This document shows positions 7,364-15,566 of a stretch of DNA of 18,183 bases, piece after piece. Numbering within the stretch: position 1 is the stretch's first letter; every line of letters begins with the position of its first letter. The DNA comes from a bacterium. GTDB taxonomy: Bacteria > SZUA-182 > DTGQ01 > JAFGSM01. Made by a program: the position numbers and the translations under genes. The stretch covers positions 1 through 18,183 of the forward strand of contig JBLIRN010000034.1 of assembly GCA_049472315.1 (NCBI GenBank). The letters are read 5' to 3'. The notes beneath the pieces were generated by a model. It had not been told where the DNA came from and did no database searches. It saw only the letters and a list, made by a program, of their open reading frames with translations.

Positions 7364-9354
7364 TACGGAGTGGTTGCAGCAAAAAAAACCTGCGCACAAT
7401 AACGCATACATGGTGTATGATGTTACTGCTTCTTCCCATGGTGTGCTCCTGCGCGCCGAAACGGAGAGTGGGAAGGGAAAGCCGCTTTGCCAGCCGTACC
7501 TGCGACAGTTGCCATGAGAAGGAGCTTGCCTCCTACCTGGCCCGGAAAACGGTGCATGCGCCGATCAGGGAGAAGGATTGCAAGGCATGCCATGAGCCGC
7601 ACGGAACGGTCGGTGTCTTCCACCTCTGGGAAGGAATCGAGGCCAAGGTATGTTACACCTGTCACCATGATACGGAAGGGGATTCCCTGAAGTCTCATCA
7701 ACACCCCGTGTTCAAGGAAGGGAAATGCTCACCCTGCCATGACCCCCACTCCTCGGATCATTCGATTCTGTTGAAGGATCCGGGAAGTGATCTGTGTTAT
7801 GCCTGCCATGACAGGGGGCGATTTCAACGGGCGATCGTGCATAATCCATTGGAGGAAAAGGGGTGCCGGGCCTGCCATGCACCCCATGCCTCGGAACATT
7901 CACAACACCTGGTGAAATCATCCGGGGAGATCTGCATGAATTGCCATCCCGTCACCAAACAACTTGCCGATGCACACGGGGGCCATACCCTGAGGGGTGA
8001 ACAATGCCTGTTGTGCCACGATCCCCATTCCTCGAACAGTACCGGGTTATTGAAGACCATCGTGCACAAACCGGTTATGGAAGGCACCTGCACGGACTGT
8101 CATCACGATCCCTCCGTGGATCCCCTGTCTGAAGGCGCAAAAACGGATAATAGATTATGTTTTCAATGTCATCCGGCCATCGAGCAGGAGGTGAAAAGGC
8201 CCTTTATCCATACCCCCATGATGAACGGAGAATGTCTCACCTGTCATGATCCCCATACCTCGAACCATCCGGCGCTTTTGAATGAAAAGGAGGAGAGGCT
8301 CTGTTACGGATGCCATCAGGCTGCCGAAGAGAGCCACCGGAAGGATTCACTTCACACGGCAATGACCAGGGATGGATGCAGCGGGTGCCATACCCCTCAC
8401 GGAGCTGATGCAGCGCATCAGCTCAAGAAGACCGGTGCGGACCTGTGCGGAATGTGCCATGCCCGGGCTGATTTTCAGGGGCACTGTGTCCATGAACCCG
8501 TGGGGAAGGGGGAATGCCTCGTTTGTCACGACGCGCACGCCACGGACTTTCCCGGCCAGGCATTAAGGCCGAAGGCGGAGCTGTGCTATACGTGCCATGA
8601 CAAGGAAAAGACCGGGGGCTCCGCCGTGCATGTTCATACCCCCCTGGCGGAGGGAAGGTGCAAGGGGTGTCATGAACCCCATGTATCAGGCCAGGATAAC
8701 CTCCTTATCACCCCTGCTCACCAGCTCTGCTTCGAGTGTCATCAAGGCCTTCTCGATGGAAAAAGGGAGGGGTATCTCCATCCCTTGAGCCAGAAGGGCG
8801 CCTGCCTCACCTGTCATGATGCCCATTCAAGTGACTATTACAGCTCGCTCCTTATGCCCGAGGCCCAGGTCTGTCTTGCCAATGGGTGCCACGGGGAGAT
8901 AGAGAAACAGATACGGGAGTCCACCGTGGTTCATAGGCCCATGGGGGATAAGAAATGCATATCCTGCCATAATGCCCACGGGAGCAAGATCCCCCACTAC
9001 CTGAAAGGCAGAGCGGGAACCCTGTGTCTTTTCTGCCATGAAACAATGAGGGAAGAGATCGGTAAGGATGATATCGTGGTGCATTCCCCCGTACATGAGG
9101 GAGAATGCCTGCAATGTCATACCGGACATGCATCCGGATATCAGGGACTGCTCCTGGCCCAGGGGAACGAACTGTGCATACCCTGCCATGATCTGAACAA
9201 TCCTGCGTTCCAGGACGCCCATCTCCATATACCGGCAACAGGGAGTAATTGCCTTATGTGTCATGAGTCCCATACAAGCACGGAAAAGGGGCTCTATCTG
9301 CCTGTTACCCATAGCCCGTTCACGCAGAAAGAGTGTCAGGTGTGCCATGAATAA
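7360..9354 (+). CDS. 26-heme doubled-CxxCH multiheme c-type cytochrome, probable lipoprotein
   Basis: 25 CxxCH plus one CxxxxCH (CLANGCH), counted by hand. Repeating H.P....CxxCH.PH.S....LL......LCxxCH units. N-terminal hydrophobic stretch ending VCS|C. ATGA overlap with the upstream gene. Confidence 0.92.
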   Translation: MIRSGCSKKNLRTITHTWCMMLLLLPMVCSCAPKRRVGRESRFASRTCDSCHEKELASYLARKTVHAPIREKDCKACHEPHGTVGVFHLWEGIEAKVCYTCHHDTEGDSLKSHQHPVFKEGKCSPCHDPHSSDHSILLKDPGSDLCYACHDRGRFQRAIVHNPLEEKGCRACHAPHASEHSQHLVKSSGEICMNCHPVTKQLADAHGGHTLRGEQCLLCHDPHSSNSTGLLKTIVHKPVMEGTCTDCHHDPSVDPLSEGAKTDNRLCFQCHPAIEQEVKRPFIHTPMMNGECLTCHDPHTSNHPALLNEKEERLCYGCHQAAEESHRKDSLHTAMTRDGCSGCHTPHGADAAHQLKKTGADLCGMCHARADFQGHCVHEPVGKGECLVCHDAHATDFPGQALRPKAELCYTCHDKEKTGGSAVHVHTPLAEGRCKGCHEPHVSGQDNLLITPAHQLCFECHQGLLDGKREGYLHPLSQKGACLTCHDAHSSDYYSSLLMPEAQVCLANGCHGEIEKQIRESTVVHRPMGDKKCISCHNAHGSKIPHYLKGRAGTLCLFCHETMREEIGKDDIVVHSPVHEGECLQCHTGHASGYQGLLLAQGNELCIPCHDLNNPAFQDAHLHIPATGSNCLMCHESHTSTEKGLYLPVTHSPFTQKECQVCHE

Positions 9355-10600
9355 GAGAGCATCGTCAGTGTTCCCGTCATTATTCGTTCTACTCATGGTT
9401 TTCGCATCGCTGGTCCTATTTCCCGCAATCCATGGGAGAACGGCAGTCAAGGGAAATATGGGGGATGTCTGCCTTGATTGTCACCCCGGATTGAAAGAGG
9501 AACTGGGAAAGGGAATCCCCCACAAACCATGTGCATCAAAGGAGTGCATCTCCTGCCACAGCCCCCATGTGGCTGACAACAATTATCTCCTTCTTGCGGA
9601 CGGAGCCGAGCTGTGTTACGGATGTCATCCCTCGGGCAGATCCTGGGCCGATGAAAAGGTGGTGCATGTTCCGGTTGAACAAGGTGAATGCCTGAAATGC
9701 CATGAACCCCATGTATCATCGTATGACGATCTCTTGAGATCGAAGGGGGGAGAGGTATGCCATCAATGCCATGACAGGGAACCCTTTCAAAGAAAGCACA
9801 TCCACAAGCCGGTTGCAGAGGGTAACTGCGCCGTCTGTCATAAGGCACACAGCGCCGCTACCCCCTTTCTGCTTCATCAATCCTCACCGAAACTCTGTCT
9901 TGGGTGTCATCCGGTCAATGCAGGAATGATCTCCGCACATCCGGGCATGCAAATCACCACGGTGGACTGCCTGTTGTGTCACAACCCTCATTCCTCCGGA
10001 GGGAGGAAGCTGGTGCTGAATTTCCTCCACGATCCGTTTGAAAAGAGGGATTGCAAGGCGTGTCACCCGATCTCATCCGGCCTTGTCAAACCTGCCGCGG
10101 GTGATGCACAGGCGTGCTTTTCATGTCACAAGGATGCCCAGGAACGATTCAAGGCAAAGAAAAACAGCCACATCGTTTCAGGTCAAAGGGAGTGCATCTT
10201 CTGCCACAATCCCCACGGTGCGGAACGAAGAAACCTGGTGCGAAGAAGGGACAAGCACCTGTGCATCGCCTGCCATGAGGGGATGGGAGAGAGGCTCAGC
10301 AAGGTCCGGAAGGGGCTGCGACGTCATCCGGAGGTCCTTGCAGGGAAGTGCTCGACGTGTCATGACGCGCATGCATCCAACGAGAAAAAATTCCTGCGTG
10401 ATGCACCGCTGGCACTCTGCACCGCATGTCACACACGTCAGCAGGTGGCATGCCATCCGGTTGGTGACAAGGCCGTGGACCCGAGGTCCATGACCCCGAT
10501 CGACTGTATCACCTGCCATAATCCCATGGAGGCGGAATTCCCGCAGATCATGCGTCTTGAAGGATCAAAGGAGCTGTGCAATCAATGCCACAAATATTAG
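9347..10600 (+). CDS. 16-heme doubled-CxxCH multiheme c-type cytochrome (periplasmic or N-anchored)
   Basis: 16 CxxCH. Start at ATG 9347 (MNKRASS... plus hydrophobic signal) overlaps the upstream stop (ATGAATAA). Same repeat unit as the 26-heme protein. About 417 aa. Confidence 0.92.
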   Translation: MNKRASSVFPSLFVLLMVFASLVLFPAIHGRTAVKGNMGDVCLDCHPGLKEELGKGIPHKPCASKECISCHSPHVADNNYLLLADGAELCYGCHPSGRSWADEKVVHVPVEQGECLKCHEPHVSSYDDLLRSKGGEVCHQCHDREPFQRKHIHKPVAEGNCAVCHKAHSAATPFLLHQSSPKLCLGCHPVNAGMISAHPGMQITTVDCLLCHNPHSSGGRKLVLNFLHDPFEKRDCKACHPISSGLVKPAAGDAQACFSCHKDAQERFKAKKNSHIVSGQRECIFCHNPHGAERRNLVRRRDKHLCIACHEGMGERLSKVRKGLRRHPEVLAGKCSTCHDAHASNEKKFLRDAPLALCTACHTRQQVACHPVGDKAVDPRSMTPIDCITCHNPMEAEFPQIMRLEGSKELCNQCHKY

Positions 10601-10638
10601 AGGCACGTGTGCAACGACAGAATAAGGGGAATATATCC

Positions 10639-12075
10639 ATGAAATCCCAAAAAGGCCCCTTGTGGGTCACACAGGCTCTCCTGATATGTCTTTTGTGTCT
10701 GCTCGTGTGTCAGGGATGCGCCATTCGCACATCCACGCGGAACGGGCTGGAAGGCCGTATCTCGATCCTCCTTGAGATGATTTCGAATGGCGGGGAAGAG
10801 GTCTCCATAACCGTTGAGGGCATAACATTGACCGGCGAGCAGAATAAAGGGGATATCACCGTTCCCATGAGGGAGCAATTCATGATCACGGGGTCCTCCC
10901 ATCAGGTCCTGCTTGGCGATTTCTCCGTGCCCCCTGATCGATACACCGGATTGAGTCTTGCCATTGGAGAGGTCTTCCTCTTTACCGAGGGGAGCCTGGT
11001 GCCATTGCAGCTCGCGAACAATCACATCGGCTTCGACATAGATATCGATATCGGCCCATGGGAACGAAAGAGCCTCCCTGTGAGCATCGCATGCTCGGTT
11101 GAGGGGCATGGGGAGAAAAGGGGTCTTGCCCTTCACTCCTCGGTCAAAAAGGGAAGGGAGCTTCTTGGCTTGAGAGGGCTCAAGGCATATATCACCGACG
11201 AAGCGGGAAACAGTGTCGTGATCCTCGATCGTTTTTCCGGGGCAACGCTCGGGGTGATATCCGTCGGCGCCAAACCCCGCGGGATCGTCATCCATCCCGA
11301 TGGAACACGGGCATATATTGCGAATTCGGGTTCCGATTCCATTTCCGTGATGGATACCCTGACGTCGGAGATCATAGACACCATATTCCTGGGGCTGGGT
11401 GTTGCGCCCGAGGGCATTGCCATGACCCCTGACGGGGGATTATTGATCACCGCCAACAAGGACTCCGACAATGTGAGTCTGATTGATCCGGGTTCCCAGA
11501 GGATCATCGAACATATCCCGGTCGGGCTCTCCCCCTCCCGGGTGGCCGTGAGTCCCTGGGGGGACTGGGCATACGTGACCAATACCCGTTCGGATACCCT
11601 TTCGTTCATAGACCTCAACATACGGCGGATCACCGCAACGGTCAGCATGAGGCCCGGGCCTGTAGGGCTCGCTTCGAGCCCCGATGGGGACGGGATCTAT
11701 GTCGCCTGCAGGGGATCCGACGTGCTCCAGGTGGTGGATGCAAATCTTAAACGAGTGATACATGCACTTCCCACCAATGGCGGCCCCATTGATGTGGTCC
11801 TGGATCACAAACGGGGAAGGATCTATGTTGCCGATTCCCTCTCAAACGATGTGTGCATCCTGATCGAATCGATGAATATGAAGGAGAGGTGCATACCTGT
11901 GGGGGAATCCCCCAATACGATGGCGCTCGACGACGCCAGGAGGCTCCTCTATGTGGTGAACCAGGGTGACGGAACGGTATCGATCATTGATTTGGGAAGA
12001 CAGCGGATCGTGGATACGATCAGGGCGGGAAGTAAACCATGGGGGATTGTACTTGACAGATTCGGAAGGGATTAG
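10639..12075 (+). CDS. Lipoprotein with N-terminal beta-sandwich domain and C-terminal YVTN-type 7-bladed beta-propeller
   Basis: SD AAGGGGA before ATG 10639. Lipobox-like LVCQG|C. Seven ~42-aa repeats (AYITD, AYIAN, LITAN, AYVTN, IYVAC, IYVAD, LYVVN), each followed by S/V..ID and G..P..(I/V)A. Confidence 0.85.
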   Translation: MKSQKGPLWVTQALLICLLCLLVCQGCAIRTSTRNGLEGRISILLEMISNGGEEVSITVEGITLTGEQNKGDITVPMREQFMITGSSHQVLLGDFSVPPDRYTGLSLAIGEVFLFTEGSLVPLQLANNHIGFDIDIDIGPWERKSLPVSIACSVEGHGEKRGLALHSSVKKGRELLGLRGLKAYITDEAGNSVVILDRFSGATLGVISVGAKPRGIVIHPDGTRAYIANSGSDSISVMDTLTSEIIDTIFLGLGVAPEGIAMTPDGGLLITANKDSDNVSLIDPGSQRIIEHIPVGLSPSRVAVSPWGDWAYVTNTRSDTLSFIDLNIRRITATVSMRPGPVGLASSPDGDGIYVACRGSDVLQVVDANLKRVIHALPTNGGPIDVVLDHKRGRIYVADSLSNDVCILIESMNMKERCIPVGESPNTMALDDARRLLYVVNQGDGTVSIIDLGRQRIVDTIRAGSKPWGIVLDRFGRD

Positions 12076-12086
12076 ATTGGACAGAC

Positions 12087-12947
12087 ATGGTATGGATGAG
12101 TAAGGCGCATACCCTTTGCCTCGGTCTCCTGGTGATCGTACTGGTGCTGATCAATAGAAGGGGCATGGCTGAAGTCACTAATCCCCATTCGATCGACATT
12201 CAACAGTATAACGGGACGTGTACACGATGTCATCCGGGTGACCCCTATGCGGATGAAGGTCCCACAATTGTGCCGGAGGGCTTGACCCAGGTCTGTGATG
12301 CGTGCCACAAGGGGATACCGCTCAGTTGTGAAAGGGCGGTTACCCCTGAGGTGACCGGAATCCTTGTGGAACAGATCCCCAGTCTCGTGCTCACAAAGCA
12401 CAATGGACGCCTGACCTGCGAGAGTTGTCATCTGGTGCATGGAAACGGGATAAAAAGGGTATATTCCATCTTTTTGAAACAGGCGGAACGTATCAATCCC
12501 CACAGCGCGGGGATCTTCTGCATCTTCTGCCATAACAGCGAACCCCGTGAGGAGGGTGGCCCCCTTGATCTGAAATACGATGGCGACAGGGTGACTGTCT
12601 GCACCCGGTGTCACAACAACGAGCGGGCTCGAGCGGACAACCACCCCGTTAACATATCCCCGTCTCAAGGAAAGGGAATACAACTGGATGAGAGATTCCC
12701 CCTGCACCAGGGGAAGGTGACCTGTGTGACGTGCCATGACATACGATGCCAGGGGGGGGAGAGAAATCCGAAATTTCTGAGGGGCGGCCCCTATGAAAAA
12801 CGAGTGGACGCATGCCTTATCTGCCATAAAAGGGAGAGCTACCGGGCCGTCAATCCCCATGAGCAGATTGATGAACAAGGCAAGCTTAAAAAGGATCGGT
12901 GCCTGTATTGTCATATTCTGGATACAACGTCCCAGGCAAGGGAGTAG
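12087..12947 (+). CDS. Octaheme c-type cytochrome (exported)
   Basis: 8 CxxCH. Signal peptide ending RGMA|EV (start may be 12096). Clear paralog of the N-terminal part of the next gene. Confidence 0.88.
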   Translation: MVWMSKAHTLCLGLLVIVLVLINRRGMAEVTNPHSIDIQQYNGTCTRCHPGDPYADEGPTIVPEGLTQVCDACHKGIPLSCERAVTPEVTGILVEQIPSLVLTKHNGRLTCESCHLVHGNGIKRVYSIFLKQAERINPHSAGIFCIFCHNSEPREEGGPLDLKYDGDRVTVCTRCHNNERARADNHPVNISPSQGKGIQLDERFPLHQGKVTCVTCHDIRCQGGERNPKFLRGGPYEKRVDACLICHKRESYRAVNPHEQIDEQGKLKKDRCLYCHILDTTSQARE

Positions 12948-12949
12948 CC

Positions 12950-14452
12950 TTGGTGTCTATCATTGCGGTTTTCCTGATGGCCTGGCCTTTACAGGAACGA
13001 ATATTGCATGCTGAGGAGGTATCGGATCCCCATGCCTTTGTCAAGGATTATGATGAGGGCTGTTTCGAATGTCATCCCCGGGTCCCCCAGAGCTGTCGTC
13101 TTATGGTAATGCCGAAGATTTTCGACATATTGAGGGCCCAGATGCCCGATTTCCCGTTACCCCTTTCCCTCGGGCGGGTCACGTGTACAAGTTGTCATTG
13201 GATCCGCGAGGATGAGGCCGAAGGGGACATGCCGTTCAGGCTCAGACGAGATTACGAGGCATTCAAGAAGCGGGCGGAGATGGTTGATCCCCACAAGACA
13301 GGCGTGTTTTGTTTTCTCTGCCACGTGAAGGAGCCCAGGGGAAAGGAGGGGCCCTTATACCTCAAATACGGTCAGGATACGGTCAGGATATGCAAGGAAT
13401 GCCATGACAATAAAAGGGCGCGCGCGGATAATCACCCCGTGGACGTTGTCCCTTCCAAGGAGCGAAGGATACACATCCCCGATGATTTTCCCCTGACCGA
13501 CGGCAGGGTCACCTGTGTCACCTGTCACCGGATACGCTGCCAGGGTGAAAAGGAGAATCCCTTGTTTTTGAGGGGCGGACCGTATAGAAACAGGTTAGAG
13601 GTGTGTCTGGTATGTCATGTAAAGGATGAATACACAAAGACGAATCCGCACGATCAGATCGCCGAAAACGGGGATATCCGTGAGGATCGCTGCCTTTACT
13701 GTCATGCGATAGAAACGGATGAAAAGGGGGAGAAGAGATTTGGATTCAAGTTCAAGGCGCCCTTCCGTTTGTACTGCATAGGGTGTCATCCGGTGGAGGT
13801 GCGAAGGCACCCGTTCGGTGCACACCACGCCGGCCGCTATATAGAGTCCGTTTGGGCAGGCCTGTCTGAAGAGCAACGGGTGAGTATATCCCATGATCAA
13901 TCCTTCAAGATCACACCGGTGAGCCTCTCCGGTCAGGTTATGTGCACCTCGTGTCACAATCCCCACGACAGCACTCCCGGCCCAAAATTGAGGATCTCCG
14001 ACGTAAACAGGAGCTGCCGGCAGTGTCACTTCAGGCATTATGGAAGGGTGGAACCAAGGGTAAAGGGGAATAAGCCGGCTGCGGAGGATTTCGCCCCTAG
14101 TGGAGAGGATCGGAAGCCCTTCGGGTATCGGGCCTCACTGAGGTTCTATTGCATAGGGTGCCACCCGAACAAGGAGAAGAGACACCCGTATGGGATTGAT
14201 CACAACGGCAGATTCATCAAAAGATTCTGGAGGCATATACCCACTGAAAAAAGGATCAGGTTGTCAAAGGAAGAGACCTCCCAGATCATCCCTCTGACGA
14301 CCAGCGGCCAGGTAACCTGTTTTACCTGCCATGATCCCCATGACGGCCGCAAGGGCCCGAAGCTTCGTCTTGAGGAAAGGGACCTGCTGTGTTCGCTCTG
14401 CCATATAGATCGAAGCAAGGTGATGGAGTCGTACAAGGCGGAAGGTCAATAG
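12950..14452 (+). CDS. 13-heme c-type cytochrome (exported); start uncertain (12899, 12950 TTG or 12953 GTG)
   Basis: 13 CxxCH. GGAG at 12941-12944 precedes TTG/GTG. Signal peptide ending ILHA|EE. First 7 hemes are paralogous to the upstream octaheme, followed by two 95-aa triheme repeats. Confidence 0.88.
   Translation: MVSIIAVFLMAWPLQERILHAEEVSDPHAFVKDYDEGCFECHPRVPQSCRLMVMPKIFDILRAQMPDFPLPLSLGRVTCTSCHWIREDEAEGDMPFRLRRDYEAFKKRAEMVDPHKTGVFCFLCHVKEPRGKEGPLYLKYGQDTVRICKECHDNKRARADNHPVDVVPSKERRIHIPDDFPLTDGRVTCVTCHRIRCQGEKENPLFLRGGPYRNRLEVCLVCHVKDEYTKTNPHDQIAENGDIREDRCLYCHAIETDEKGEKRFGFKFKAPFRLYCIGCHPVEVRRHPFGAHHAGRYIESVWAGLSEEQRVSISHDQSFKITPVSLSGQVMCTSCHNPHDSTPGPKLRISDVNRSCRQCHFRHYGRVEPRVKGNKPAAEDFAPSGEDRKPFGYRASLRFYCIGCHPNKEKRHPYGIDHNGRFIKRFWRHIPTEKRIRLSKEETSQIIPLTTSGQVTCFTCHDPHDGRKGPKLRLEERDLLCSLCHIDRSKVMESYKAEGQ
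13745..14404 (+). repeat. Intragenic duplication of a 95-aa triheme module (13745-14029 and 14120-14404)
   Basis: Both copies are 285 nt and align without gaps: YCIGCHP....RHP.G..H.GR.I...W...SGQV.C..CH.PHD...GPKLR.......C..CH. About 42/95 identical residues by manual alignment. Confidence 0.85.
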
Positions 14453-14467
14453 GAAAGAGATCGCGAG

Positions 14468-15559
14468 TTGATGCACATCGTTGAGAATTTTCAGAAGATA
14501 CTCGATAACCTGCAGGATATCATAATGGTTGTGGACAGCGAGTATCGCATCGTCTTCGCCAACCATAAATTTGCAGCCATGGTCAATATGGGGATCGATG
14601 AGGTAGTCGGTAAATTCTGCTATGAATTATCCCAAAACCGGACCGCCTCATGCATCAATAACTGCCCCCTCAATACGGTTTTCAAGGATGGCTCGGAAAA
14701 GACGATCAGCCATTCACATACCTTTTGGGACGGTGTTGAACGGTATGAGGAGATTACCTTTACCCCTATCAAGGACAAGGATAACCAGGTTGTTCAGGTG
14801 CTGGAGATCATCAAGGACTTGACGGAAAACAAAAAAATCGAGCGGCAATTGATCCATTCGGAAAAACTTGCCTGCATGGGAGAGATCGCCGCGAGTTTGT
14901 GCCATGAAATCAGCAACCCGCTGGGTATCATAACCGGTTTCGTACAGCGGATCCTTGACAAGGTTGGTTCGGGCCACGCGGTTTTCGAGGAGTTGAAGAT
15001 CGTTGAACAGGAGTGCCTTCGCTGCAACCGCATTATTCGTGACCTCCTCAATTTCGTGCGGCCGGGATGTCTCCAAAAAAGCATATGCAACATTGCCGAT
15101 GTGGTGCACTCCGTCATTCAGTTATTCGATTACAAACTCAAGGAGCATAATATCCAGGTGGTGGAGGATATGGGAGATGAAACCATCTATGTGAAGGTGG
15201 ATATCTATCAATTTCAGCAGGTACTTGTCAATATAGTGTTGAATGCGGTTCATGCCATGCCGCGGGGGGGGAGGCTCCACATCCGGTTGAGCGTCAAGGG
15301 GCGGGCGCTCAGAAGGATGATCGAATTGATCATCCAGGACGAGGGATCAGGCATTCACCCGAGCAACCTCAACAGGATATTCGATCCCTTCTTCTCCACG
15401 AAGGCGGATGAGGGGACCGGACTGGGGCTCTCGCTTTCCCGGAGGATCATCGAGGCCCACGGAGGCACGATTCATGCTCAGAGCGAAATAGGAAAGGGAA
15501 CGAGCATGATCATTCATCTGCCATTAACAGGGGTGGAAAAACCGAAGCAAGAGGAGTAA
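14468..15559 (+). CDS. Cytoplasmic PAS-domain sensor histidine kinase (NtrB/AtoS-like)
   Basis: N-terminal PAS domain and no TM segment. H-box LCHEISNPL, N-box QVLVNIVLNAVHAM, G1 DEGSGI, F-box IFDPFFSTK, G2 GTGLGL. Start TTG 14468 or ATG 14471. Confidence 0.93.
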   Translation: MMHIVENFQKILDNLQDIIMVVDSEYRIVFANHKFAAMVNMGIDEVVGKFCYELSQNRTASCINNCPLNTVFKDGSEKTISHSHTFWDGVERYEEITFTPIKDKDNQVVQVLEIIKDLTENKKIERQLIHSEKLACMGEIAASLCHEISNPLGIITGFVQRILDKVGSGHAVFEELKIVEQECLRCNRIIRDLLNFVRPGCLQKSICNIADVVHSVIQLFDYKLKEHNIQVVEDMGDETIYVKVDIYQFQQVLVNIVLNAVHAMPRGGRLHIRLSVKGRALRRMIELIIQDEGSGIHPSNLNRIFDPFFSTKADEGTGLGLSLSRRIIEAHGGTIHAQSEIGKGTSMIIHLPLTGVEKPKQEE

Positions 15560-15566
15560 AGGGGTT

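Noticed and set aside
9263..9346. Upstream starts in the ORF track (9263; likewise 5609 and 10576)
   Set aside because: Downstream ATGs at 9347, 5687 and 10639 have an SD or stop-overlap and put the signal peptide at the N-terminus.
10445..10462. VACHPV as a 17th heme site of the 16-heme protein
   Set aside because: There is no partner Cys at a plausible spacing. The His fits the distal-ligand xHPV motif.
12752..12759. G8 tract (also G8 at 15264-15271 and A8 at 7381-7388) as phase-variation sites
   Set aside because: The tracts are short and the frames are intact. The paralog aligns without an indel across 12752.
12940..12955. Frameshifted or split single cytochrome, or TAG readthrough, joining the 8- and 13-heme ORFs
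   Set aside because: The second ORF has its own SD and signal peptide and repeats the first gene's sequence from its N-terminus, so they are tandem paralogs.
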